In this document: positions 20,324-31,363 of the stretch, piece after piece
Numbering within the stretch: position 1 is the first letter of the stretch
Layout: each line of letters starts with the position of its first letter
NCBI GenBank assembly: GCA_965262715.1
Contig: OZ253553.1
Coordinates: forward strand, 2,560,001 to 2,624,000
Direction: 5' to 3'
DNA from: Bdellovibrionales bacterium
Lineage (GTDB): Bacteria; Bdellovibrionota; Bdellovibrionia; Bdellovibrionales; JAUICD01
DNA: 64,000 bases
Notes under the pieces: model-generated
Database searches by the model: none
Told to the model about the DNA's origin: nothing
Seen by the model: only the letters and a program-made list of their open reading frames with translations
Made by a program: the position numbers and the translations under genes

Positions 20324-21355
20324 CTAAGGAAATTTGATATCTAAAACTTGATACCCTTTTTGACTGCAAACTTCACGAATATTTTCTTTTTCATCTGTCC
20401 ATATCATGACACAACCACCACCACCAGCTCCACAAATCTTTATGACAGAAGATGTAGGTATACATCCTCGAAGCTCTTTGATTTCGGGACTGCTAAAAGT
20501 TTCTGTAAGAGACATTCTAGCTGAGAATTCTTCATCAAATAACCCTTTTAAATCATCTAAATCTTGATTTAAAAATCGGTGATACATTTCTTCAGATACT
20601 CGAGCAATTTTTTCAAATGCCTTTTTTGTTTTTTTATCTCCATCAATAAAATCTTTTAAAACCCTCCAATTATTCCATCCTGATTTATGAGATCTACCTG
20701 TGTAAACAAGTAAACATTTGTCTTTAACCACAGAAGAAGTTTGTATATGTTTCCAACTGATACCATTTAAATCATAAGAGATCATAACTGCTCCTGTCTT
20801 TAATACAGGAATAAAATAATCCTGTGTGCCTGTAGGTTGTCCTAGAAAATGGGCTTCTATATTATGTGCTAAGGTTACACGAGATAAAATTGACTGCTCT
20901 TCTCCTAAAACCTGATGAAAAACTTCTAATAAGCCTATCAATAAACTAGAACTACCACCAAGCCCAGCTCCTACAGGGCTCATAGCATTCACATTTAAAT
21001 CAAAGCCAAAGTCAGGATTAAAATACTTTAAAACTTCTTTGATCAAGCCTATTTCTTTATCAGGAGATGTAAGAACATCTTTCAATGAAGAAAATGTTTT
21101 TTGATAATGAAGATCAGTTAAGCTCAAATGAATATATAAATCAGAACGTTTTTTCAAATCTACATGAGTGTAAAGATCAATAGCAAAATTAATAGTGTAA
21201 GCTTTACCTAAGATAGCATAAACAGGCCATAAATCTAAAGTTCCACCAGCTAAATCAATGCGTGTAGGACAAGTTGCCTTAGCCATTATCTTTAGAAGAT
21301 TGGCTTGTTGAAGGGCTAATCTCTTGAGCTTTTTTATCTTCTGATGATTTGTCAT
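20324..21355 (-). CDS. GHMP family sugar kinase, HddA-like (start probably at MAKAT, ~21286)
   Basis: PTRIDLAGGTLD, PVGAGLGGSS, KICGAGGGG. Confidence 0.85.
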   Translation of the reverse strand: MTNHQKIKKLKRLALQQANLLKIMAKATCPTRIDLAGGTLDLWPVYAILGKAYTINFAIDLYTHVDLKKRSDLYIHLSLTDLHYQKTFSSLKDVLTSPDKEIGLIKEVLKYFNPDFGFDLNVNAMSPVGAGLGGSSSLLIGLLEVFHQVLGEEQSILSRVTLAHNIEAHFLGQPTGTQDYFIPVLKTGAVMISYDLNGISWKHIQTSSVVKDKCLLVYTGRSHKSGWNNWRVLKDFIDGDKKTKKAFEKIARVSEEMYHRFLNQDLDDLKGLFDEEFSARMSLTETFSSPEIKELRGCIPTSSVIKICGAGGGGCVMIWTDEKENIREVCSQKGYQVLDIKFP

Positions 21356-22364
21356 CAGCTTGATCTATAGACTTGCTTTCGCCTTTTTTATCTTTATCAG
21401 AGCTTATCTTTAATGGGTCTTCTGGGTCTTTCACCAAAGCTTCCACATCTTTAAAAAGACTTTCTACAGAAGTTTTAGACAGCTTAATAGCTACATCCCT
21501 TGGCATGTTATATACATAAGCATTATTACCTTCAATTGGAGCAAACTTTAAATCATGAAAGCTTTCTAACTTATCCTCTTGTATAATAATATTAAAAACC
21601 CAATTATCAAATAGACTTGCGTCTCTAGACACAAACTCTTGTACCTCTAGATCTTTTATCGTTTCCAAGTAATCCTCTACTGCATCTCGCGCTTGACCAT
21701 CTAAAGTCCAACCTGTTTCTGTTTTTATAAATTGCATTTCTGAAGGTATGTTTTTTGCTTCTTGATTCATCCTGTGTTTAATAATTATCTTTTTAGGATT
21801 ATTAAACACAATAACATCTTTACTTCTAAACTCATTTGGGTTTTTACCTAATTGACTTCTCCACCAAGAATCACCTACCCAGATATTGTCTTTTTTCATT
21901 AAATAAGTTTTTTTATTTAAACCCTCTACACGACCAACTTTCACATCTAAAGACGTTTTGTCTTCTAAAGTTACTTGAAAAGATCCAATTGGATTGTCTA
22001 AGCCATATTTTTCCAGCGTATTTGTATCTTGAGAAATTTCAGCTTCATCTAGCTTGATATCAGATTTTTGCTCTGTAAGTTGATCTAAAAAAATAGAAAC
22101 AGATGTTGTATCTGCAAAGTCAATTATAGGACTTACAATCTTCCATTGATCTTCATCCTCTTTATCAACAGAAATTTTTTCTAAGGAAACTTTAATATCT
22201 TCGCCTGCTCTCTCACTATTAGTGATTGTAAATTTCTGAATAGAAGATACATCTGTGGAAAAAATATGAGACGCTTTTTCTTTACGCTCTTCACCTTTGA
22301 ACTCTACAAAATAATCATAAGCTACAACAAGCGCAACTAATAGTGCAAACAAAGCCTTTTTCAT
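21279..22364 (-). CDS. DUF4340-like protein of a Gld-type ABC cluster
   Basis: N-terminal TM, WKIVSP..AD, LEKYGLDNP; operon context. Confidence 0.75.
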   Translation of the reverse strand: MKKALFALLVALVVAYDYFVEFKGEERKEKASHIFSTDVSSIQKFTITNSERAGEDIKVSLEKISVDKEDEDQWKIVSPIIDFADTTSVSIFLDQLTEQKSDIKLDEAEISQDTNTLEKYGLDNPIGSFQVTLEDKTSLDVKVGRVEGLNKKTYLMKKDNIWVGDSWWRSQLGKNPNEFRSKDVIVFNNPKKIIIKHRMNQEAKNIPSEMQFIKTETGWTLDGQARDAVEDYLETIKDLEVQEFVSRDASLFDNWVFNIIIQEDKLESFHDLKFAPIEGNNAYVYNMPRDVAIKLSKTSVESLFKDVEALVKDPEDPLKISSDKDKKGESKSIDQADDKSSEDKKAQEISPSTSQSSKDNG

Positions 22365-24022
22365 TATGCATTTCTTCTTCTATAAAATAAAATAAAAGCA
22401 AAAATGAAGAAAATAAGAGGAAGTATAATAACAGATACTACAAGAACTCTGTAGGCAGTATCGCTCATACCTTTAAATGTTGTTTGATTAGCAGATTTAG
22501 GCCTAATGCTTACAAGGTCCTCATCTGCTGCAAGCACCGCCACTGTATTCAAAACCAAATCCCTATTAAGCTGCTGAAAAAGACGAGAATTTGTAAAAAT
22601 ATCACTATCTCCATATAAAACAGTATGAAACTCTTTATTTTCTTTCTTTTCAGGTGCTTCTGCATCTGTATCATTTTCTGCTTTTTTAGTACTCTCTTCA
22701 GATTTATTACTTCCATCTAATTTTGTATCATCTGTACCAGAAGAAGTATCTGCCTCATCAGCAGTATCGCCTTCACCTGTTTCTGGAAAAGAACCTTTAA
22801 CAGACTTAACTAAAGTAAAAGGTCCATTAGCACTCACTTCAGCTTCTCTTGCAAGAGTTTTTGTGGCAACTGTCAGTGGACTGGTTTTTACTATATCTTC
22901 CTGTGTTAAAGGATCTTCAGATTTTGTTGTTTCTATATTATCCCATCCTGATGACATAAAAAATAAAGTCATAGCTGATGGAAATTGCTCAGTGATAGAA
23001 TTTGTCGTTGAATAAGTTGTGCCTAATGCTGTTAGAGGAACCTCACGTAATAAGGCAGACATTTTATCGATCACATAATCACCACGAAACTTAACACCTA
23101 GACGAGATAAAATACCATCGAAATTATGCTCTACTCCTGGCTCCAAAGCTAAAAGAAGATTTCCACCATTCTTTAAGTAGTTCTCTACCATTTGAACTTC
23201 AAAATCTAAAAAAAGTCTTTGAGGTCCTAAAATAAAAAGAACATCTGCATCTTCAGGTATTCTTCCCTGAGTGGATAAAGCATCTAACGTTTTTATATTA
23301 TAGCTAGCCGATTCTAGCTCATTTTTAAAAGAACTACCCCCACGTTCTTCATCTGCATCCAAGTCAACCTCTTCATGATTTTTAAAAAAATACAAATTCT
23401 TCTGCTCAACCCGGGTCACCTTAATAATAGCATTGGTAACCTCTTCCTCTGTAGGGACATCAACTCTTGTTTTTTGGCCTTTATACTCTACAATCATTCC
23501 TCCTGCTTCATCTATATTGTACTCTCTCGCTAAAGCAGGTTCCAAATGAGGATTGATGTAAGATTCTTCTACCTTGTTAGATTCCTGTCTATACTTACGC
23601 AGCACATCTTTAAACATCATTTGTTGCTGATCATGATTTTGATTGCCCTTAACAAAAAAGCCCCTAAACACTAAAGGTTCTTCAAGCTGAGATAGAATCT
23701 CTACCGTCTGATCTGCTAAAGTAAAAAGATTTTCTTGAGTTAAGTCCCATGTTTTGTTGTTCTTGATAGCAATATGATTGATGGCAATCATAAGAATCAA
23801 ACACAAAATAATAATGGTCCCCATATTAAGACCATTACGGGTGGTTTTTAAAAACAAAAACTCCTTATAAATCTGAAAATCAACACCAAAAGCCCCTATT
23901 AAACAAGGTAAAGCAACTAAAAGTGGGATATAAGTTTTCTCATAAGAAAGGAGATTTAATAACAAAAATATAATTAAAGAAAAAAATGTAACCCCTAAAA
24001 GAACTTTTCCAATTTTACTCAT
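22364..24022 (-). CDS. GldG-like ABC transporter auxiliary component
   Basis: WDLTQENLFTLADQT, IPEDADVLFILGP, YLKNGGNLL, GDSDIF. Confidence 0.85.
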   Translation of the reverse strand: MSKIGKVLLGVTFFSLIIFLLLNLLSYEKTYIPLLVALPCLIGAFGVDFQIYKEFLFLKTTRNGLNMGTIIILCLILMIAINHIAIKNNKTWDLTQENLFTLADQTVEILSQLEEPLVFRGFFVKGNQNHDQQQMMFKDVLRKYRQESNKVEESYINPHLEPALAREYNIDEAGGMIVEYKGQKTRVDVPTEEEVTNAIIKVTRVEQKNLYFFKNHEEVDLDADEERGGSSFKNELESASYNIKTLDALSTQGRIPEDADVLFILGPQRLFLDFEVQMVENYLKNGGNLLLALEPGVEHNFDGILSRLGVKFRGDYVIDKMSALLREVPLTALGTTYSTTNSITEQFPSAMTLFFMSSGWDNIETTKSEDPLTQEDIVKTSPLTVATKTLAREAEVSANGPFTLVKSVKGSFPETGEGDTADEADTSSGTDDTKLDGSNKSEESTKKAENDTDAEAPEKKENKEFHTVLYGDSDIFTNSRLFQQLNRDLVLNTVAVLAADEDLVSIRPKSANQTTFKGMSDTAYRVLVVSVIILPLIFFIFAFILFYRRRNA

Positions 24023-24055
24023 ATTATCTTAACACCTCTTTTTCGTTATATCTTT

Positions 24056-24844
24056 TCAACCTCTCCATCTAGAAGATTCAATAATACGCTCACCTAAAAA
24101 ACAGAAGAACACTATGATTGTGGTACAAAAAACTAAACTCGATAACTGTAAGTTACCTGCTATAAAGTTATTGATGTGTTGATTCAAGGAAACATGCTCT
24201 AATGCATCCATCAACATCCTATTATCTGTATAAAAATTAGAAAAAGATGAGACAATTAAAAAAGTTATGTTCAAAATAAATCCAGATATAATTGCTACCG
24301 GAAAAGAATTTGTAAAACTAGAACAAAATAAAGCCGCTGAAGTGTAAATACCAGAAACTAAAAAAAGCCCTAAATAAGCAGATAAAAACTTACTCCATTG
24401 AATATCTACAAACAAATTAGCACTTAAAGGATAAACCATTGTAATAAGTATAATTAACCAAACGGCCATAAGACCGCCAAAGAACTTACCCACAATAATA
24501 GATGCAGAGCTTAAAGGACTTGTCATTAAAAGATCAAAAGAATATAATTTTTTATCCTCCGATATAACACGAGCAATAATGACAGGAGTTATAAATATAA
24601 ATAAAAAGCTTATAAAGCCGACATATTGAGAAATAACAGAGTTATGAAAATTAACTGAACCACCACCAAAAGGATTTACAGGACCCCTCTGCACAGCATT
24701 GATAAAACCACTAAAAGATAGTAAATAAATATAGCATATCATACCAAAGAAAACCCCTAAGGTTATGAGATAGCCTGGACTAAAAATAAAACTTTTTAGT
24801 TCTTTTTTACAAATTACATAAATAGGGTTTGACTTCAAAAACAT
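24056..24844 (-). CDS. GldF-like ABC-2 permease
   Basis: KKELKSF, SEDKK...LLMTSP, IIVGKF; multiple TMs. Confidence 0.85.
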   Translation of the reverse strand: MFLKSNPIYVICKKELKSFIFSPGYLITLGVFFGMICYIYLLSFSGFINAVQRGPVNPFGGGSVNFHNSVISQYVGFISFLFIFITPVIIARVISEDKKLYSFDLLMTSPLSSASIIVGKFFGGLMAVWLIILITMVYPLSANLFVDIQWSKFLSAYLGLFLVSGIYTSAALFCSSFTNSFPVAIISGFILNITFLIVSSFSNFYTDNRMLMDALEHVSLNQHINNFIAGNLQLSSLVFCTTIIVFFCFLGERIIESSRWRG

Positions 24845-24873
24845 GCCTACTCCTTAATAATGTACATCTCTAC

Positions 24874-25830
24874 CTAAGCTTGTTCCTTATTATTACGCGT
24901 CAATTGTATAAAAATATCTTCTAACGACTTAGAAACCGTGTGACAAGACATCAATCCTACATTCATTTTAACCACACCAGAAATGACTTTCTCTTGTATT
25001 TCATCTTTATCAAAAGCTAAATTTAAAATATACTCCCCAAGGACAACACCAGATTCAGGATACGTGATAAATTCGACTCCTTCGATTTGAGATAGTTTTT
25101 TTTCTAAAGATGTATCTGATCGCCTCACTTTAATGAAAAGCTGCCTGTGACTCTGTCCAGAAACTTTTGCATTTAAAGCTTCTAAAGTGTCCTTAGCTAT
25201 AATTTGTCCCTCATTAATAATGATGATTTTTTGGCAAATAGCCTGTACTTCAGATAAAATATGAGTAGAAAGCAGTACAGTATGCTTTGTTTCTTTTAAT
25301 GAAAGAATAAGAGATCGTATTTCAAAAACCTGATTAGGATCTAAACCAACTGTCGGTTCATCTAAAATTAAAATTTCAGGATCTGACACTAAAGCTTGCG
25401 CTAAACCTACCCTCTGTTTAAAACCTTTAGACAAATTGTTGATCAATCTATTTTGTTGCTCTTTGATATTGACCTTTTCAAGAACATCGTCAACACGCTC
25501 CTTGATTTTCTTTTTAGGAACCTGCTTGAGCTCAGCTACATAATGCAAATATTCCCTAACATACATATCTCTATAAAGAGGAGGGTTTTCAGGTAGATAG
25601 CCAATTTTTCTTTTAACTTCAATAGGATGCTCAAAAACATCATGACCCCCCACTTTAACAATACCCTCTGTAGGAGACATAAGACCTGTGATGATCTTCA
25701 TAGTTGTGGATTTACCAGCACCATTAGGGCCTAAGAATCCTACAATAGCACCCTTATCCACAGAAAAATCTAGGTTTTTGATGGCTGTATGACGGCCATA
25801 TTTTTTCGTTAAATTACTAACCTGAATCAT
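24874..25830 (-). CDS. GldA-like ABC transporter ATP-binding protein
   Basis: GPNGAGKST, LSKGFKQR, LDEPT. Confidence 0.92.
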   Translation of the reverse strand: MIQVSNLTKKYGRHTAIKNLDFSVDKGAIVGFLGPNGAGKSTTMKIITGLMSPTEGIVKVGGHDVFEHPIEVKRKIGYLPENPPLYRDMYVREYLHYVAELKQVPKKKIKERVDDVLEKVNIKEQQNRLINNLSKGFKQRVGLAQALVSDPEILILDEPTVGLDPNQVFEIRSLILSLKETKHTVLLSTHILSEVQAICQKIIIINEGQIIAKDTLEALNAKVSGQSHRQLFIKVRRSDTSLEKKLSQIEGVEFITYPESGVVLGEYILNLAFDKDEIQEKVISGVVKMNVGLMSCHTVSKSLEDIFIQLTRNNKEQA

Positions 25831-25983
25831 AAATTAATTCTTCTTAAGCTTTTAACATCCCTAAATAAATTTACTTTTGGAAATAAAGAAATGTTATTAC
25901 AAGAGACCAACCATATCAAGTTCCTAAAAATAGATCATGCAATGAGTCGAAGTCTTTTGCATTCCCAAAAAGTCCACAATTTT

Positions 25984-27273
25984 TCAATTCAATATTCTCT
26001 CAATACGCTCTTTTATACTTCTTAAAAATTCCTGACTGGAAAATATAATATCTAAGTCTTTTTTTGAAAGCAGATCTTTGCTTTCAGAGGTTTTTAGAAA
26101 CACTTCTTTAAGAGTTTGATCCTTTTTAAGTCCATGGCTAAGTTTTTGTATAAGATGATACGCTTTTTGACGAGATAAACCTTTTTTTAAGAGAGCTACA
26201 AGCAAATGAGAGCTAAAAAGCTGTCCTTTTGATAAACTCATATTTTCTTTCATGCGCTCTTCATGGACAACAAAATGTTCTATAATATCAGCCATGCGGT
26301 CAATAGCATAATCTAAGAGAATAAATCCATCAGGGAAAATCACTCTTTCTACACAGGAATGACTAATATCTCTTTCATGCCAGACGGCTATATTTTCTAA
26401 CCCACTAACTACATGAGACCTTAAAATACGAGCTACTCCAGTTAAATTTTCCAACCCAATAGGGTTCTTTTTATGAGGCATCATACTACTACCCTGCTGC
26501 CCAGGAGAAAACCCTTCATAAACTTCCCCTACTTCAGTTCTTTGCAGGTGTCGCAATTCAACAGCAAGCCTTTCTATCCCCGCTCCATATTGAGCAAGAG
26601 CTAAAATCACCCCCGCATGACGATCCCTTGGAATAATTTGTGTGGCAATTGTTTCTGGTTGAAGATTTAAGTATTGAGCTACTTTCATTTCCACATCTTC
26701 AGATAGGGTAGAATAAGTCCCTACAGCTCCTGAGAGCTTACAAATACAACACTGCTGAATAGCTTGTTTGATACGGTTTTTATGCCTTCTAAGTTCACAA
26801 AGATGTCCAGCTAACTTTAAGCCAAATGTTGTGGGCTGTGCATGCATACCATGAGTTCTGCCTGCGCAAATGGTTGTTGCATAATTTAAAGATTGTTTTT
26901 TTAAGATAGACTCTAACTTTAAAATCCCTTTTTCTAATACTCCATAAGCTTCTCTAATTTGCAAACTCAAAGCTGTATCTAAAACATCAGAACTTGTTAG
27001 CCCATAGTGTAAATAGCTTCCATTTTCTCCAATATTTTCAGCAACTGCATTGATAAAAGCTGTTACATCATGTTTTGTTATTTTTTCAATCTCTCTGATA
27101 CGGTCAACAGAAAATTTTGATTTGTTTTGAATGTCTTCTGCAGCCTTCAAGGGTATAACCTGCATTTCCCCCTGGATTTTTGCCACGGCTTTTTCAACTT
27201 CTAAAAGAAAGGCAAACCGCTTCTGATCAGTCCAGACATGACCCATCTCTTCTCTTGTGTATCGTAAAATCAT
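25984..27273 (-). CDS. purB: Adenylosuccinate lyase
   Basis: GLTSSD, GRTHG, SSMMPHKKNP. Confidence 0.97.
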   Translation of the reverse strand: MILRYTREEMGHVWTDQKRFAFLLEVEKAVAKIQGEMQVIPLKAAEDIQNKSKFSVDRIREIEKITKHDVTAFINAVAENIGENGSYLHYGLTSSDVLDTALSLQIREAYGVLEKGILKLESILKKQSLNYATTICAGRTHGMHAQPTTFGLKLAGHLCELRRHKNRIKQAIQQCCICKLSGAVGTYSTLSEDVEMKVAQYLNLQPETIATQIIPRDRHAGVILALAQYGAGIERLAVELRHLQRTEVGEVYEGFSPGQQGSSMMPHKKNPIGLENLTGVARILRSHVVSGLENIAVWHERDISHSCVERVIFPDGFILLDYAIDRMADIIEHFVVHEERMKENMSLSKGQLFSSHLLVALLKKGLSRQKAYHLIQKLSHGLKKDQTLKEVFLKTSESKDLLSKKDLDIIFSSQEFLRSIKERIERILN

Positions 27274-27307
27274 TAATATTCCTTATTCTTAAAAAACAGT
27301 CTTTTAT

Positions 27308-28624
27308 TTACTGTAACCACTTTATAAGCTGTTGTAGTACATTTTTATTAGAATAAAACTGCCCATCCCACCCCAATGATGTCCAAATCTCTGGCCCTTC
27401 AAATATCACATTCTTTAATGAAGCTGTTTTCAAACGCTGTCTCTCTTTAAAGTCATAAACAGTAAAAATACTAGGACCTATCTGGTAAGGACTTTCAGTC
27501 AATTCCTTTGGCCAATCTTGAATATCTACGTTGCATGAGGGGATTCTATCTTGCAAGCTGTTTTTAATACATTGCCCATAATTTTTAATATAATCTTTCT
27601 CAAATCTTTGCGTATAAGGAAGCCTAACCCAAGTATCTATCATGTTTTTATCAGCAGTTTTCTGCACAATGATCACATTATCATGTGTCCATGGTAAATA
27701 AATATCTTCTAATATCACAAAATGATCTGGTAGACATTCTAATATATCAGATTTTTCAAAAGACATTCGGTATCTGGTCCAATACCATTTTGGAATCATT
27801 ATACTTTTTGGAAACAATATATCAGCACTATCTCCAAAACAAAAATGAGTCTCATAAGAAGATAACATCCAAACAACATGCCTAGCTTTGATCTGTTTGT
27901 CCTTCTGGTATTGTATGCTCTCTAATAGAGGTTTCTTTACATGGAAAGTAACATGTTTTTTTGAAGGCGATGGATATATAAGGCTTGATAAATTTTGTTG
28001 ATCTTTTCTCTTATAAAACTTTCTATGATAAAAGGAGCTCATTAAAGGAAGTGGCCTGCCAAAAGCAATACCTTTAGCGTTTTCCATCAGAATAGATGAA
28101 CTGATTTGATGGGCAAAGTGCGCAAGCCATGATTCTTTAAAAGAAAGATGCTCAATACGAGGTAAAAAATCTAGTATTTCTGATGAAGAATGATGATCAC
28201 GTAAGTATTCAATAATAATATTGGATATCTCAGTTTTTTGTAACTGAAGATTTCCAAGAGGCCCTTTAAACTCCAAAGGACCTGTTTTCAGCCAAATCAC
28301 ATAACCTCTATCACTTAGAGTCAAAGGGCCTTCATTTGCAAGCCTATTGATTTGAGAGGGTGTATGCTTCTTAGACCCAAAGACACCAAAAGGACCTTCC
28401 ATATCTTCTATAGACCATGTACCCATTAAAGAAGTTAAATCTAAGACAGATACATCATAGCCTCTTTTTTGACATTCAAAAGCAAGCCAGTGACCACGTC
28501 CATATAGATCAACAATAAGTATCTCTTTTTGAAGCGTTTGATTCATAGTCACACTATCATAAATGTCATTATTATGACTTGCAACTATGAATACACGATT
28601 TAGGATTATTTGAAGATTTTGCAT
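27308..28624 (-). CDS. Hypothetical protein, possibly degenerate FAD-binding fold (start likely near 28546)
   Basis: Long ORF; ILIVDLYGRGHWLA...GYDVSVLD resembles a Rossmann start. Confidence 0.55.
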   Translation of the reverse strand: MQNLQIILNRVFIVASHNNDIYDSVTMNQTLQKEILIVDLYGRGHWLAFECQKRGYDVSVLDLTSLMGTWSIEDMEGPFGVFGSKKHTPSQINRLANEGPLTLSDRGYVIWLKTGPLEFKGPLGNLQLQKTEISNIIIEYLRDHHSSSEILDFLPRIEHLSFKESWLAHFAHQISSSILMENAKGIAFGRPLPLMSSFYHRKFYKRKDQQNLSSLIYPSPSKKHVTFHVKKPLLESIQYQKDKQIKARHVVWMLSSYETHFCFGDSADILFPKSIMIPKWYWTRYRMSFEKSDILECLPDHFVILEDIYLPWTHDNVIIVQKTADKNMIDTWVRLPYTQRFEKDYIKNYGQCIKNSLQDRIPSCNVDIQDWPKELTESPYQIGPSIFTVYDFKERQRLKTASLKNVIFEGPEIWTSLGWDGQFYSNKNVLQQLIKWLQ

Positions 28625-28704
28625 TTAAAAGTTGTATTCGCGCAATCAGCAAATAGACTCATATAAGAAAAAAATGATAAATAAGAAAGTCAGGTGATAT
28701 TTGA

Positions 28705-29412
28705 AAAATATCTTTACTTATTAATGAAAACTTATTTTCTCATGTAGACATATCAAGTTCTTTTCATGCCTTTTCTCTTGTACATGAAGCTGCCCATGCA
28801 AACTTTTATTACTCCAATCCTTCAAGAACAGGCTCAAAAGATAAAACTCATCAAAAATGTGGACGCGACAGTATGTGCTGTACAACTTCGGATGGTTGTT
28901 TGTCTGCTATTAATGAAGGTCAAGCGGATTTTCATGGATTGATGTTATTTCCTGATTCTCCAGTGGATGTTCCGAGATTTCCCATTAAAGACTTTATCAA
29001 CAGACAAAATCTAAAGGAAAGAGGCGCAGACATTCAAAGTCCATTTTTTGATGATTCAGGAAATTGTTATATATTAAGAGATCCTAGATCTAATAGAAAC
29101 CTTATACCAGAAGATAATTTTAATTGTGGTCAATGGCGTAACCAAAACAACAAAGGTGAAGTTCATGATATGGGAGCTTCATATGCAAGCATTTGGTGGG
29201 AGATATACAACCACGAGGATACTTCTAAAAAAGACATTGCAACTCTTTTTACAGAACATCTTCCTCTCGTATCGAATGATGATACATTTAGAACAGTCGC
29301 AGTTAAGATCATCAACAAAGCCTATAATCTATTTACTGGCGCAAAAAGAAATCACTATACTTGTATTATCTCTCAAGAGTTTGCAAGAAGAGGACTTCAC
29401 CCTTCACTTTAA
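28705..29412 (+). pseudogene. 5'-truncated gluzincin metallopeptidase (M4/M36-like)
   Basis: HEAAH (28783) is in frame upstream of the ORF-track Met, then NEGQADF and EVHDMG; in-frame TGA at 28702 and no ATG before the motif. Confidence 0.65.
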
Positions 29413-29425
29413 ATAGCATATTAAA

Positions 29426-29503
29426 GAGCCATCTCAAAATATAGTTTTGCATTTTGCAATTCGACTTCTTAAATATTATAAAACTTTATTTTTGAGATAG
29501 CTT
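29426..29503. mobile_element. About 80-bp MITE / IS-end relic just after cas2
   Basis: GAGCCATCTCAAAA...TTTTGAGATAGCTT; related ends near 6449, 12517, 12620 and 36800. Confidence 0.5.
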
Positions 29504-29508
29504 CTATT

Positions 29509-29784
29509 TCAACCAATTAAAATAAGCTCATCGTCATCATTTTTTGCATAACCAAATTTTACTGTTTTACATGTTTTACTTAGAACAAAAATAATGATGC
29601 TGTCATTTTGCGTAAAACGGTCAGCAAAATGACCCTTTATTTCAGAGATGATATTGGTTAACACTCTTTCACTATTTCTGATTTTAAAGACAGAATATTG
29701 CAATCTATAGCCAAACTTACATAGAAATTTAGAAAACTTTGTTCTTACCTTATCATCACTAATATCATAAGACACTATTAACAT
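29509..29784 (-). CDS. cas2: CRISPR-associated endoribonuclease Cas2
   Basis: IVSYDISDDKVR, RLQYSVF. Confidence 0.96.
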   Translation of the reverse strand: MLIVSYDISDDKVRTKFSKFLCKFGYRLQYSVFKIRNSERVLTNIISEIKGHFADRFTQNDSIIIFVLSKTCKTVKFGYAKNDDDELILIG

Positions 29785-29827
29785 TTAATGACTCCATTCA
29801 CTGTCATAGCAAATAATTGGATATCTA

Positions 29828-30796
29828 TTATTTTGATAAAAGAAAAATGGGGTATTCTTCAATAGGTTTTTCACGTATAAAACACCTGTAATATTGTTGC
29901 ACATACAGAAATATAGAGTCTTTGTGATCTAATATTTCCTTCAGCAGCCACTCTACATAAGGTTTGCTCTTTTTCCCAAAAAGGCGATATTGCTTATTGA
30001 CCATTAAAAAGTCTTTCTTCTTAATTTGCTCAAGGTTGTGTGCTTTTTTGATGCGGCCATCAATAATGGGGCGGAAAGGCTCCATCACATCACAGACCAG
30101 TGATTTTCTTTGATAGAAACATTTATGATAGACACCTTTGTAAATATCAAAACCATAAAGATCAAGCAGACTTCCAATAAAGTTAAATAGAATTGTATAG
30201 CCTGTATCTTGCAGTGAATTAATAGGATCATGTTTGACTCTAGGTCTTCGGATCATCCAATTGCAGTCTTTAAAAAGTATCTTAAAGTATTCTCTTGCAG
30301 CAATTCCTTCAAAACCTAATATATGGGATAATTCTATTTCATTTTGTGTTAAACTAGACTTGAAGTCTTCCAATCTTTCAATTGTATTTTTGACATCACT
30401 GTCTTTCTTACGAATTTTTTTGAGAAGAAGGCTTTGATTTTCTATTTTATTTTTCACCAAGTGACAAGCGATAGCAAGGGATGTGTAGTTATATTGTTTT
30501 TCTCTTAGAAGAAAATTCCCTTCAGTTTTTGCTCTCCAGACTCCATAGGGACGCAGACTATATGTCATAAAAACAATTGTAAATCCAAATCTTTCAGATC
30601 TTTGAAGTAATCCAGATGTTATCGTGATATTCCCTACAATATAAAGAACAAATAATCGATAGCACGTTGATTGATGTATGGTTTCATCATCACTGTTTTT
30701 GATAACGAGGTTATCATTTTTAAAGCTTAGCTTTTCTCCTTTACTTGTAAAGACAAAAATAATTTGTTTTTCTTTAAAATCAGGAAGACTCAACAT
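29828..30796 (-). CDS. cas1: Type V (PREFRAN-like) Cas1
   Basis: GFEGIAAREYF, DPINSLQDTGY, SLVCDVMEPFR. Confidence 0.95.
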   Translation of the reverse strand: MLSLPDFKEKQIIFVFTSKGEKLSFKNDNLVIKNSDDETIHQSTCYRLFVLYIVGNITITSGLLQRSERFGFTIVFMTYSLRPYGVWRAKTEGNFLLREKQYNYTSLAIACHLVKNKIENQSLLLKKIRKKDSDVKNTIERLEDFKSSLTQNEIELSHILGFEGIAAREYFKILFKDCNWMIRRPRVKHDPINSLQDTGYTILFNFIGSLLDLYGFDIYKGVYHKCFYQRKSLVCDVMEPFRPIIDGRIKKAHNLEQIKKKDFLMVNKQYRLFGKKSKPYVEWLLKEILDHKDSIFLYVQQYYRCFIREKPIEEYPIFLLSK

Positions 30797-30799
30797 AAC

Positions 30800-31363
30800 T
30801 TAAGCGGCCCTTTTATCACAGAGGTTGGAATAAATGCACCGATTGCATTTTTTTGGATTTGCCTTAAACGGAGCATTTAAATCAAAAGCATTGATCTCAT
30901 TAATTAACTTTTCAAACTTTTCTTGCATCGATTGGTTATCTTTTGGCAGAGGTATAGGGTAGCTTTTATTTGTATCCATGCTGTACAAACGCAACTTTTT
31001 AACTTTATAGCCCATTTCTTTCAGGCAGTGATATTGCGCATAAAGCTGGAAAATATAGCCATCATAAATAGTTTTGATCATTTTTTTACGTTCTGTCAGA
31101 AGTCCTTCAGCTTCATCAAAAATATCAATTTTGCCGTTAAGTTTATAGTGATCGGAATAGACAGAGATACCTTGAAGAACTGTTTTTTTGGTGCTGTATT
31201 TTTTATGATCAATGCTTTTGTGAGCTATTTGACCCTCAATTTGTGGTTTTTCTTGATACATCCTTTGCTCAAGATGGCTATAAAGCCCATGAAAGAAGAT
31301 AGACCTTGGACAAAAGATAAAGTCATTCAGGAAAGAGATGAGTATATAATTCTCCATTTTCAT
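30800..31363 (-). CDS. cas4: Type V (PREFRAN-like) Cas4
   Basis: LNDFIFCPRS, GKID, ERK, QLYAQ, CNRCIYSNLC. Confidence 0.95.
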   Translation of the reverse strand: MKMENYILISFLNDFIFCPRSIFFHGLYSHLEQRMYQEKPQIEGQIAHKSIDHKKYSTKKTVLQGISVYSDHYKLNGKIDIFDEAEGLLTERKKMIKTIYDGYIFQLYAQYHCLKEMGYKVKKLRLYSMDTNKSYPIPLPKDNQSMQEKFEKLINEINAFDLNAPFKANPKKCNRCIYSNLCDKRAA